64,000 bases of DNA from a virus, in the IMG/VR virus record IMGVR_UViG_3300046517_000355, positions 7,672 to 71,671 of that record, one strand, 5' to 3'. Both the position numbers and the translations under genes were made by a program. Numbering within the stretch: position 1 is the first letter of the stretch; every line of letters begins with the position of its first letter. The notes below the pieces were generated by a model. It was not told the DNA's origin and did not search any database. It saw only the letters and a program-made list of their open reading frames with translations. This document shows positions 25,751 to 34,836 of this stretch, one piece after another.

Positions 25751-27948
25751 TCACCGACGAAGTTAAAACACGAATTCAGAAGGCGCTCGCAAATTGCAAC
25801 CGACGCACGATCTCCGTACCTGATGAAAAGGATCCGAAGAAGATGCTCGATGTCGTCATCGAAGGCGATTTTTACGATTGGACGCCGTCGCATCTCAATG
25901 CACAGGCTCTCGCTGATCTCGATGCAGTCGCGGAGAAGTTCTGCGAAGGCAACGCGACAGAGACAGAGATGCGAGAAGCAATCAAGCGGCTGCGCGATCT
26001 GTCGCAGGTCGCCTACATCGACCTGCACATGCGAGCGAGCGAGCCATCGATCAAAGACGCAGAGATGCTCCAGCGTTTGTTCGACGCGAAGGAGGACGAA
26101 TATCTCAACCCGACCTACACGGACAACGAAGGTCGCGACGTGTACCTGCTCGAAAAGACTGCGCGCTGTCTCGATCTCTATCTCGAACAGTTCAAATACG
26201 ACCGCAGTGGACACGTCACGCTCGGACATCACCTACTCAAGACGCATCGGCAGTTCAAGATCCTCTGGCGAAGGTGTCTCGGACGCCCAGGCTATCAAAT
26301 GAGCGAAGCTGTGAAGCGTCTCTCGACTGAGTACAAAGAGCGCGACTTCAATGAGCCGAACAATGACAAGGGCCCTGTCGAGATGCTTGCAGAGTACAAG
26401 ATCGACGACATCGAGCTTTCCCGCGACTACTATCCGCCTGAGCCTGAGATCGTGGTCGCTCTCGATCAGACGGCCGGACCTCAGCGCCTAAGCATGACGC
26501 TTGAGGATGTGCCGTTCGACGCAGAGATCGCACCGACGACTCGCTTCGAGGAGCTTCAGAAGATCATTCCTCCGAGCGGAGGCAGCCTGTTCGATAGTGT
26601 CGAGCAGATCAAAGAGGAGATGATCGAGACAGCGGTTGCCGTCATTGCACTGACCAACGAGCCAGCGCGCGTCGAATCGAGCACGCTCACTATCGAAAAC
26701 CCTGTGGAAGCCCTCCAGCCCTCTGGAACCATAGAATCTGAGCCGGTCGATCTCGAAATGGACACTGAATATCAGGCTTTATCTCAAAAAGTGTATTGCG
26801 GACTGAGAATCGAGCGAGCACAGGAGCAGGAGATCGTGCTGTCAGATGACGAAAAAGCCCTTGCAGGTGCTCTCGCGGAAGACGACGACGGCTCTGAGCC
26901 TGACGAAGATCAGGAAGAAGTGCAGGACACGCTGTTCTCCGACATGGCGCTCGGCGTCAAGAAAGAGAAAATCAAGATGTTTACCGCAGAGCAGAAGATC
27001 GATGCGGCTTTCGAATACCACAGACGCATGGGCTTCCCTTATCGAGATGTGAGTCCTGCGATGGCGATGCGCGAGCTTGAGGCACTGGCAAACGTCGATG
27101 GGAAAGCTCTGATCTCGACGCGGTTGTGCTATCAAGTCGCGGACACTTTTCATCGTCATCGACTCGCCGCATCTGCGAACGGCATGAAGTCTCCGCTCGA
27201 CTCGTACCACGACGACAAGAAACTGCGAAAGGCGATCACGCTCGAACTGAAGCTTGGCGGAAAGCCTCGCATCTTTGCCGGCGGCATGATGACGCTTGTC
27301 AACGGTACGCAGGCATGCTCGAACTTTCGCCCAGGCTTCGCATCGTACCTATACCGCGAACACTGTCCTGATGATGCTGTCGTGCTCGACACCTCGACAG
27401 GTTACGGCGGACGCATGCTCGGCGCTGTCGCGTCGCGCAAGGTGAAGCATTACATCGGCATCGATCCGAATGTGCCGACCTACAAAGCCAACATCGAAAT
27501 GATCGAGAAGCTTGATCTGAGATCGATCATGGAATTCACGCTGTACAACTTACCTGCCGAGGATGTCGATGTGAATCTCGTGCGCGATCTCTGCGACTTC
27601 AGCTTCACGTCGCCGCCTTACTTTGCTAAGGAGATTTATTCGCAAGACGACACGCAAAGCTGGAAGCGATACTCGACCGGCGAGCGATGGCGTGACGGCT
27701 TTCTGAAGAAGATGCTCTATCTGACATTTGTTGCACTGAAGACAGGCTCGACAGCCATCGTCAACATCGCAGACGTGACAGTCAAAGGCAAGAAGTATCC
27801 TCTCGCGCAGTGGACAATCGAGTGCGGTCAAGAGGTAGGATTCACCTACATCGAGACGCAGAGCTTTCCAATGATGACTAGATTCGGCGCCAACATGGCT
27901 GAAGGCGTCGCGACAGAGCCTGTGATCGTTTTCAAAAAGGAGAAATAA
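25747..27948 (+). CDS. Amino-DNA methyltransferase with a long N-terminal region
   Basis: C-terminal VLDTSTGYGGRMLGA (motif I) before FTSPPYF (motif IV). Confidence 0.8.
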   Translation: MITDEVKTRIQKALANCNRRTISVPDEKDPKKMLDVVIEGDFYDWTPSHLNAQALADLDAVAEKFCEGNATETEMREAIKRLRDLSQVAYIDLHMRASEPSIKDAEMLQRLFDAKEDEYLNPTYTDNEGRDVYLLEKTARCLDLYLEQFKYDRSGHVTLGHHLLKTHRQFKILWRRCLGRPGYQMSEAVKRLSTEYKERDFNEPNNDKGPVEMLAEYKIDDIELSRDYYPPEPEIVVALDQTAGPQRLSMTLEDVPFDAEIAPTTRFEELQKIIPPSGGSLFDSVEQIKEEMIETAVAVIALTNEPARVESSTLTIENPVEALQPSGTIESEPVDLEMDTEYQALSQKVYCGLRIERAQEQEIVLSDDEKALAGALAEDDDGSEPDEDQEEVQDTLFSDMALGVKKEKIKMFTAEQKIDAAFEYHRRMGFPYRDVSPAMAMRELEALANVDGKALISTRLCYQVADTFHRHRLAASANGMKSPLDSYHDDKKLRKAITLELKLGGKPRIFAGGMMTLVNGTQACSNFRPGFASYLYREHCPDDAVVLDTSTGYGGRMLGAVASRKVKHYIGIDPNVPTYKANIEMIEKLDLRSIMEFTLYNLPAEDVDVNLVRDLCDFSFTSPPYFAKEIYSQDDTQSWKRYSTGERWRDGFLKKMLYLTFVALKTGSTAIVNIADVTVKGKKYPLAQWTIECGQEVGFTYIETQSFPMMTRFGANMAEGVATEPVIVFKKEK

Positions 27949-28113
27949 ATGACGGCAGAAACAAAGAAAGGACTGATCTCTTTCGGCTGGTTTCTTTTTG
28001 CCTATCTGCTTATAGCTTTAACGCTGTGGGAGGGCGGATCGAGCGTGCGTGAATTGAAGCCAGCAGAACAGGCAATTCTTTTCATGCTTGCTTTGGTCTA
28101 TTCACAAAAATGA
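27949..28113 (+). CDS. Small membrane protein (54 aa)
   Basis: SD AAGGAG; two hydrophobic segments; read manually. Confidence 0.6.
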   Translation: MTAETKKGLISFGWFLFAYLLIALTLWEGGSSVRELKPAEQAILFMLALVYSQK

Positions 28114-28364
28114 TAAGGCGAATAGTTCGAATCTACACGAAAGATGAAGTGCCTGAGCCTGATCGTGCGATCTTATGCTTCGAGAAGCCATCGCAGATCC
28201 GAATTCAGCACAAGATCGTCGAGGGGCACGTCCATCCAAAGCCCGTGCTCTATGACGCAAAGCGTCGAGGCTTCTTCTGGCATTACATGCAAGTGTTCCC
28301 AGACTTTTGGTGTTATTGTTCCGATTTACAGTATGAGGAGGACCTCGATAATGGCGAAGTTTAG
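28110..28364 (+). CDS. Hypothetical protein
   Basis: ATGA overlap. Confidence 0.6.
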   Translation: MIRRIVRIYTKDEVPEPDRAILCFEKPSQIRIQHKIVEGHVHPKPVLYDAKRRGFFWHYMQVFPDFWCYCSDLQYEEDLDNGEV

Positions 28365-28542
28365 AGTTTTGGAGAGCAAGATATTCCCAGGCGAATGGCT
28401 GTGGGTGCTCGAAGATACCGACGGCACCGATGTCGTCAAAAACGATCACAACTTCAAGAGCGAGAAGGAGGCACTTGAGCACATCAAAAAGCTGAAGCGA
28501 GTCTTCCGCTCTCGATGCATCAAGGTGGAGGTGGAGAAATGA
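28351..28542 (+). CDS. DUF1508/YegP-like small protein
   Basis: GEWLWVL...G...FKSEKEALEHI; SD GAGGAGG. Confidence 0.6.
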   Translation: MAKFRVLESKIFPGEWLWVLEDTDGTDVVKNDHNFKSEKEALEHIKKLKRVFRSRCIKVEVEK

Positions 28543-29849
28543 GTTTCACACTGAGAGACTATCAAGCGCACGCAGTCGAGAAGATCCTCTGGAGCATGAA
28601 GCTCGACGGCAATGATCTGTGCTGTCTGCCTACTGGAAGCGGAAAGAGCATCGTGATCGCTGAAGTCGCGAATCGTCTGAAGCGCGACATCCTGATCACA
28701 CAGCCGTCAGTCGAGATACTTCGCCAGAACGTCTCGAAGCTCAAGGAGTATGTTGACCCGTGGGAGGTCGGTATCTATTCAGCGAGCGCGAAGCGCAAGA
28801 CTGTCTCGAAGTACACCTTCGCCACGATCGGCTCGATATACGAAAAGCCTGAATTATTCGACCACATCGGACTCGTGCTGATCGACGAAGCTCACCTTGT
28901 CAATGTGCGAAGCGCAGGCTCGATGTACAACTCATTCCTCAACGCTATCGGCAAACCCAAGTGCATTGGCTTCACCGCGACGCCATACCGAAACGTAACA
29001 GGGTACCACAAAGTGGCTGGCGGACTCGAAGCGGCTGTCACGCTGAAGCTCTTGACTCGAATGTGGAGCCCAAAGCAACCCTTCGTCTGGAACCGTCTGC
29101 TCGTGAATATCAACATTGGCGATCTCATGCGCGACGGCTATCTCTGCCCGCTGGAGTATGAGCAGATCGTTACGCTTCGCCACGAGGAACTGAAGCTCAA
29201 TAAAGCAGAGACAGACTTCGATCTTGACGACTACGAAGTGCGGCTTGGCTCTCGCGAGCGACAGATCATCGAACGCATCGCGAAAGCGACTGAGGAGCAC
29301 AAGTCGATCCTTGTCTTTTGCACCTCTGTCAGACAGGCAGAGAAGTTCGCCGAGTGCTTTCCTAACGCCTACAGCGTGAGCGCGAAGACAGACGCGAAGA
29401 CTCGCGATGCGATCATCGACGGCTTCAAAGACGGACGCATCAAGCTCGTTTTTAATATGGGAGTCCTGACGACAGGCTTCGACCATCCTGCGCTCGACTG
29501 CATCGTGCTCATTCGTCCGACTCGATCTGTGTTGCTCTTTGCGCAGATGGTAGGACGCGGCGTGCGTAATGCAGAAGGCAAGACCTCATGCAAGTTGATC
29601 GACTTTTCTGGCTGTGTCGAATCGATCGGACGCATCGAGACGATCAGACTGCATAAGGGCGAGGAGAAAGGCGACAAGTGGGAGCTTTACACTGAGACAG
29701 GCGAGTGGCACAATAAGCCGCTTTACAAGTATTTCATCAAACAGTCGAAGATGAACCATCGAGCGACAGACATCGCCGCGGCGGCAAACTCGACCGCAGA
29801 GCAGAAGAAACCAGACAGACCTGAGCCGCTATTCGACGGCTGGGCATAG
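28539..29849 (+). CDS. SF2 DEAH helicase (YejH/RadD-like)
   Basis: LPTGSGKS, DEAH, TAT, LTTGFD, QMVGRG. Confidence 0.9.
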   Translation: MSFTLRDYQAHAVEKILWSMKLDGNDLCCLPTGSGKSIVIAEVANRLKRDILITQPSVEILRQNVSKLKEYVDPWEVGIYSASAKRKTVSKYTFATIGSIYEKPELFDHIGLVLIDEAHLVNVRSAGSMYNSFLNAIGKPKCIGFTATPYRNVTGYHKVAGGLEAAVTLKLLTRMWSPKQPFVWNRLLVNINIGDLMRDGYLCPLEYEQIVTLRHEELKLNKAETDFDLDDYEVRLGSRERQIIERIAKATEEHKSILVFCTSVRQAEKFAECFPNAYSVSAKTDAKTRDAIIDGFKDGRIKLVFNMGVLTTGFDHPALDCIVLIRPTRSVLLFAQMVGRGVRNAEGKTSCKLIDFSGCVESIGRIETIRLHKGEEKGDKWELYTETGEWHNKPLYKYFIKQSKMNHRATDIAAAANSTAEQKKPDRPEPLFDGWA

Positions 29850-29856
29850 GAGGATT

Positions 29857-29973
29857 ATGGAACGCTTTTTACTTTGGCTTACAACCGATCCGCGAAAACT
29901 GATCACGGCATTCGTCCTGCTAGGATTCGTCCTAGGCTTCGGCGCCTTTTACCTTATCGATAAAATATTTTGA
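29857..29973 (+). CDS. Small membrane peptide (38 aa)
   Basis: SD AGGAGG; single TM; read manually. Confidence 0.55.
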   Translation: MERFLLWLTTDPRKLITAFVLLGFVLGFGAFYLIDKIF

Positions 29974-30015
29974 GATCGATGAACAATCGACAATTCTGAT
30001 CACACATAGAAGCGT

Positions 30016-30228
30016 ATGAAAAAGAAAAGCACAACCCGACTGCAACCGCGAGAGTGGCAGATGAACAGCAAAAACATCACGACTGCCGAGGTTCAATTCT
30101 GGTCCGCTGGCGTCATGTCGTCACGCATGCCGCTCGACGAAGCCCGCACGCTAGTCGATAACAAGCAAGCCTTCGTCATCGCAGACAACTCGATCGGACT
30201 GCTCACGAACGGACGCATGGACTCCTAA
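30016..30228 (+). CDS. Hypothetical protein
   Basis: TAATG coupling to rusA; start uncertain. Confidence 0.5.
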   Translation: MKKKSTTRLQPREWQMNSKNITTAEVQFWSAGVMSSRMPLDEARTLVDNKQAFVIADNSIGLLTNGRMDS

Positions 30229-30746
30229 TGGCATTCAGACTTGATCCAGTCAAAGACAAGGACCTGATCGATAAGCTCTCGAAGCGAACCGGTCAGGACC
30301 TTGGCAAGCTCATGCATCGCGAGCGACAGACTGCCGCGCAAAAGAAGCTCAAAGCGCTCGACGCTCCACCGCCGTTCGAGCACACAGATCGTGTGATGAA
30401 GTTCGTCTTCGCTTATCCGATCTCGACGAACCACCTTTATGTGTTCGGCAAAGATGGGAAGCGACATCTTACTGAAGCCGGCAAATCGTACAAGAAGGAT
30501 GTCGCGGCGCAGGCTCACATCCAAGGAGCTTTCAAGATGACAGGACTTGTCGAGTTGACTGCGCACGTCTATCGACCTCTCCGCCGAGGCGATCTTTCGA
30601 ACAGAGTGAAGCTTGTCGAAGACGGGCTCAAAGGCATCGCGTGGCACGACGACGAACAGGTCGCCATCCTTCACATGTATCGACACTTAGACAGAGAAAA
30701 CCCACGAATTGAGATAGAGATCAGACAAATTCACCAAAACACTTGA
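30228..30746 (+). CDS. rusA: RusA-family Holliday junction resolvase
   Basis: YPISTNHLY, DLSNRVKLVEDGL, DDEQV. Confidence 0.85.
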   Translation: MAFRLDPVKDKDLIDKLSKRTGQDLGKLMHRERQTAAQKKLKALDAPPPFEHTDRVMKFVFAYPISTNHLYVFGKDGKRHLTEAGKSYKKDVAAQAHIQGAFKMTGLVELTAHVYRPLRRGDLSNRVKLVEDGLKGIAWHDDEQVAILHMYRHLDRENPRIEIEIRQIHQNT

Positions 30747-30770
30747 CACGATCTGCAAAAAACGTAAACT
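30743..30770 (+). promoter_or_regulatory. Early-type promoter (possibly leaderless transcript)
   Basis: TTGACA-cgatc-TGCAA, 16-bp spacer, TAAACT; GTG start 7 nt downstream. Confidence 0.75.
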
Positions 30771-30777
30771 GTAAAGC

Positions 30778-30981
30778 GTGAACATTCTGGTTATACAGGC
30801 AGAGAACTTGGTGAAGAAGCTCCAGCTGATGCGAGAGACAGCACACGCTCGAAAGCTGAAGCTCCACAGATCAGCGACGACAGCCAACACAGTCATCGAC
30901 TGGAAGATCGCGGAGCTTCGACGCATTCATGAAGCCGCAGTCAGACGACTCGGACGGAGGCAAAACAAACATGGAGAATGA
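30778..30981 (+). CDS. Basic hypothetical protein
   Basis: GTG at the predicted TSS. Confidence 0.55.
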   Translation: MNILVIQAENLVKKLQLMRETAHARKLKLHRSATTANTVIDWKIAELRRIHEAAVRRLGRRQNKHGE

Positions 30982-31264
30982 AAGCATAACGCTCGCGCAA
31001 CTTGCAGAGGTCGTCAAAAACATTGAGCCGATGCAGTTCCTTGGATTCACGTTTTCGCGAAAAGGCTGGGAAGCGATACGGCCGCAAATATCGCACGATC
31101 TTCTCGATGTTAAAGGACTGGCATTCGGTGTTCCTTTCTATGTCGTCGAGACTCAGCGTGCGGACGTTATCGAGTGGAGAGACCGCGTGGAAATGGAACA
31201 ATATGTCGCAGGCAGTTCAATTCTTCATAAGCATTTTCAGGAGAGAAAATATGATCACGGCTAA
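30971..31264 (+). CDS. Hypothetical protein
   Basis: SD GGAGG before MENES. Confidence 0.6.
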   Translation: MENESITLAQLAEVVKNIEPMQFLGFTFSRKGWEAIRPQISHDLLDVKGLAFGVPFYVVETQRADVIEWRDRVEMEQYVAGSSILHKHFQERKYDHG

Positions 31265-32453
31265 AGAGGTGAAGAAGTTCATCAAACGGACAGCGGCGGC
31301 CTTCGACAACGGGTCGCCATTTTCAGCACTGCGCGAGAATGAGATCGTCGAGCTTGAGCGAAAAGGCAGGCTCTTTCTCGCTGATGCGAACTATGACGGG
31401 CTTTTCACGAAGATCGACAGCGTGTCTGATCTCTGCGCGGTTTACATCGCGAGAGAGTGCATCAGCGACGCGACACATCGAGACTTCGCACAGCGCGTGA
31501 TCAAGATCAAAGCGGGCACTGTCTTTGTGAGCGATGTCTTCTGCTCGCCGGAAGTCGAGGCGAAAGATCGAATGTGCGACTTCATGCGCATAGCCGACAA
31601 GCTCGACAACATCTGGCTCAATGTCGAATGCTACGCAGAGGACGACAAGACTGTCGAAGCTCTCAAGCTGATGAACTTCGAGCGCGTGATCTCGAAGGTC
31701 TCTGCCTTTGCTGAAGTCAAAACGATTTACACGAACACTGAGGTGGATCATCCGTGGTTCGATCCTGTCGAAGACGTGACGCTCGCGCAAATCAACCCTG
31801 CCTTTATCTCTGAGTATGAGAAAAACTTCGTCCTCGCTGAGCTTGACGACGCGAGCGACTACGGCGGCAAGTTCGCCAACCACTATTCGATTTATAACAA
31901 GGACAATAAGTGGAGCGGCATCACGCTTCGCGGCTACGACAAGAATGATCCGAGCTTCATCGAGAAGCCGACAGAAATGAGCAAGCGATGGAAGAAAGAG
32001 CATCCTGAATTACTCGCAAACGAATGCGAGGACACGATCATCGCTCCGCACTTCGCCTTCACGCTTCGCCGTGTCCGCGATCTTTTCGGAGAGCAGATCG
32101 AGCGCGTTCGCATTCTGAAGCTCGACGAAGAAGGAACGATCCTGCGCCACTGCGACATTCAAGATCGAGACGCAGGCATCGCAGACGGCAAGATCGCGCG
32201 CTTCCACATTCCACTTCAGACGCACGAGAACGTCACCTTCAAGTCGTGGGACGCAGACGGCGATCTGATCGAGATGAAGATGCCAGAGTGCTCGCTGTGC
32301 TATCTCGATCACAGAAAGCCCCACAGTGTCGTCAACGCAGGCGGAGAGCGATTGCATCTCGTGATCGATGTCTTCAGTGACGCACGCATCAGGAACTACC
32401 TGCGCCGAGCCGCAGGCATACCAGACAGAGAACAGGAGGGAACCAATGCTTAA
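31251..32453 (+). CDS. 2OG-Fe(II) oxygenase (Asp/Asn beta-hydroxylase-like) with a possible GNAT-like N-terminus
   Basis: RVRILKL...HCD...RFHIPL...KPHSVVN...RLHLVID. Confidence 0.8.
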   Translation: MITAKEVKKFIKRTAAAFDNGSPFSALRENEIVELERKGRLFLADANYDGLFTKIDSVSDLCAVYIARECISDATHRDFAQRVIKIKAGTVFVSDVFCSPEVEAKDRMCDFMRIADKLDNIWLNVECYAEDDKTVEALKLMNFERVISKVSAFAEVKTIYTNTEVDHPWFDPVEDVTLAQINPAFISEYEKNFVLAELDDASDYGGKFANHYSIYNKDNKWSGITLRGYDKNDPSFIEKPTEMSKRWKKEHPELLANECEDTIIAPHFAFTLRRVRDLFGEQIERVRILKLDEEGTILRHCDIQDRDAGIADGKIARFHIPLQTHENVTFKSWDADGDLIEMKMPECSLCYLDHRKPHSVVNAGGERLHLVIDVFSDARIRNYLRRAAGIPDREQEGTNA

Positions 32454-33081
32454 TCAATACATACTAGGCGACTGCTTGAATGAGATGCCGAAGCTCACAG
32501 AGCGCTCGGTCGATCTGATCTTCACGTCGCCTCCACACATCAGCGAAACGAAATATAAAAACCTGAAGGACATGCGGCAATTCCAATTGTCGTTTTGCAC
32601 GCAGATGGTGAACGTTATCAAGAAGGACGGCTTCATCGTGATCTGCCAAGCGAATCACAGATATAAAGCCGAGGTCGTCTCAAATTACGCGCTCTATTAC
32701 GAGCTTTTGAGATCGTTCGGCATGAAGCTCAAGGACGAGAAGATCGTCTACCGACGACCGCCCGTCGGACGCAAGGACCTGTACCGTTTCACCTATCAGA
32801 TCATGACGATCTGGACGCTCGCTGGAGGGTTCAAGCGATCAGGCGACTTCTTAGCGGACACGCTGATCGACGAACAGGCTCCAAAGGGCGGAGCGACGCA
32901 CTGGACTGTTCCATTCTGCGAGCTTGTGATCAACGCTCTCACGCAGAAAGGCGAGCTTGTGCTCGATCCATTCGCATCCAGTTGCCCTGTCTTGATCGCG
33001 GCAAAGAATCTCAAGCGCGACTTCATCGGCATCGAGGTCGATCCTGTCGTCCACGAACAGTTCAAGGAGGTGCTCGCATGA
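32446..33081 (+). CDS. Beta-class N6/N4 DNA methyltransferase-like protein with atypical motifs
   Basis: GDCL, DLIFTSPPH, VLDPFASS, FIGIE. Confidence 0.8.
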   Translation: MLNQYILGDCLNEMPKLTERSVDLIFTSPPHISETKYKNLKDMRQFQLSFCTQMVNVIKKDGFIVICQANHRYKAEVVSNYALYYELLRSFGMKLKDEKIVYRRPPVGRKDLYRFTYQIMTIWTLAGGFKRSGDFLADTLIDEQAPKGGATHWTVPFCELVINALTQKGELVLDPFASSCPVLIAAKNLKRDFIGIEVDPVVHEQFKEVLA

Positions 33082-33167
33082 TCACAGACGCCGACACTGA
33101 TCTCGCTCTGCTCGTGTTCATCGTGATCATTCTCGTGATCTTGGCGAAAGGAGGACGAAGACGATGA
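33078..33167 (+). CDS. Small hydrophobic peptide (29 aa)
   Basis: SD AAGGAGGT; single TM with basic tail. Confidence 0.55.
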   Translation: MITDADTDLALLVFIVIILVILAKGGRRR

Positions 33168-33430
33168 GCTTGCCTGATCGATACGACGAAGACGACGAAT
33201 ATAGGATCAATTGGGCGCGCCGTCCTGGGAATTCGTTCGGGCTCGAATATCCTGTCCGATTCGATCACGATGTCCGCATCGGATGGTTCGTCTATGTTTT
33301 TGAGACTGGTCAGCTTCTTGCAGAGAACCTGCGCGAGTGGGAGGTGCAAGGCGTCTGCATTCGTGAGAACGAAAAGCGCGTGAAGCACAAGATCGAACCT
33401 GACATCTCTGCGATTGATTCAACTCCTTAA
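33164..33430 (+). CDS. Hypothetical protein
   Basis: ATGA overlap, SD GGAGG. Confidence 0.6.
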   Translation: MSLPDRYDEDDEYRINWARRPGNSFGLEYPVRFDHDVRIGWFVYVFETGQLLAENLREWEVQGVCIRENEKRVKHKIEPDISAIDSTP

Positions 33431-33443
33431 GGAGAACCAACAC

Positions 33444-34469
33444 ATGCCAACATTTGATTTTTCAAAAACATTCACACAGTCGCGTCGCGAGGAGTTCGCT
33501 CGCATCCTTCTCGATCTTCAGCACAAGATCGGCTTCAAAATATCGAGCCGAGGTTGGTGCTACATCATGGAGAATGCGCGCTACATCAACAAAAACCAAT
33601 TCAACAAAGTCGAAGCGGCGATCAATAACTGCCGCCGCGACGGATATCTTCCAGTGGACTTTGTCGCCGAAGAAGACGCGAGAGCATTCAGTGGCGTCGA
33701 GAGCAAGAGCAAAGGCACTGTCAAAGACACTTTGAAGTGGATGCTCAGCGACGTTCTCAACGGCTCGCACTATTACACGCCTGATTGGTGGGAGGGCGAA
33801 GAAGTTTATATCCAGATGGTCGTCGAGAAGATCGATCTGAAGACTTTGTTCCAGCCTGTCTGCGAGGAGTATCACATCGCGATAGCCAACTCGAAAGGCT
33901 GGTCTTCGATCCTTCAGCGAGCAGAGTATGCGAAGCGCTTCAAAGACGCAGAGAACAAAGGACTGGAATGCGTGCTCTTGTATTGTGGCGATCACGATCC
34001 TGACGGACTTCGCATCAGCGACACGCTTCGAGCGAACCTCGACCAGCTTCGATATGTCCGATGGTCGAACGGCGAGAGTGGATATAATCCACGTGATCTC
34101 CGCATCGAGCGCTTCGGCTTGAATTACGACTTCATTGAGGACAACGGATACACGTGGATCGATAATCTGATCACTGGCTCTGGCAAAGACCTTGCAGATC
34201 CGAATCACAAAAACCACGGTCTCGGATATGTGCAGGAATATCTCAGCGAGATAGGAGAGCGCAAGTGCGAGGCGAATGCTGTCGTCACGACACCAGACGA
34301 AGCACAGCAAATGTGCCGCGACGCTATCGAGTCATTTGTAGGATCCGACGCGCTTGATCGCTTTGCGGACAAGCGTGCTCAAGTTGATCAGGACTACGAC
34401 GACCTACTCGAAAGGCTTGATCTCAAAGAGCGCATCACCAAGATCATAGAAGAAAACGACGAAGAATAA
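33444..34469 (+). CDS. Topoisomerase VI-A/Spo11-like winged-helix plus TOPRIM protein
   Basis: SSRGWCY, VVEK, KGWSS, LYCGDHDPDG, CEANA. Confidence 0.75.
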   Translation: MPTFDFSKTFTQSRREEFARILLDLQHKIGFKISSRGWCYIMENARYINKNQFNKVEAAINNCRRDGYLPVDFVAEEDARAFSGVESKSKGTVKDTLKWMLSDVLNGSHYYTPDWWEGEEVYIQMVVEKIDLKTLFQPVCEEYHIAIANSKGWSSILQRAEYAKRFKDAENKGLECVLLYCGDHDPDGLRISDTLRANLDQLRYVRWSNGESGYNPRDLRIERFGLNYDFIEDNGYTWIDNLITGSGKDLADPNHKNHGLGYVQEYLSEIGERKCEANAVVTTPDEAQQMCRDAIESFVGSDALDRFADKRAQVDQDYDDLLERLDLKERITKIIEENDEE

Positions 34470-34473
34470 TTCC

Positions 34474-34836
34474 ATGGCATGCTTCAATTGCCAGCTCGAA
34501 CAGTGCACCTGTCTGAATGGTCCTTATGTCATTCAGATAGGTCGCTTCAATTCGTCCGATGAGGATCCTCCTCAGATTGGCATACCTGGCTATTGTCCTG
34601 GGACACTGTACCTGAATGCGGAAGAAGAAAAGATTTTTCTCGCATACCGCAAAGAGCATAAATATATTTCACCCATAGCGGAGTTTGATAAAGCGCTTGA
34701 GGAGTTTCGCATTGCGATGATCGGCCTCTTCCCTCCTGAGACTGAAGAAGAAAAGAGCGCGCGCGCGCGACAAGAGCTTGAGAATGAGAGACAATTTGTG
34801 CTCGCTCAAAAACGTCACCGACACAAAAATAGATGA
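34474..34836 (+). CDS. Hypothetical protein (N-terminal Cys cluster)
   Basis: CFNC...CTC. Confidence 0.55.
   Translation: MACFNCQLEQCTCLNGPYVIQIGRFNSSDEDPPQIGIPGYCPGTLYLNAEEEKIFLAYRKEHKYISPIAEFDKALEEFRIAMIGLFPPETEEEKSARARQELENERQFVLAQKRHRHKNR

Noticed and set aside
33078-33167. 29-aa hydrophobic peptide as a type I toxin
   Set aside because: Embedded by overlaps in an operon, with no antisense promoter or terminator visible
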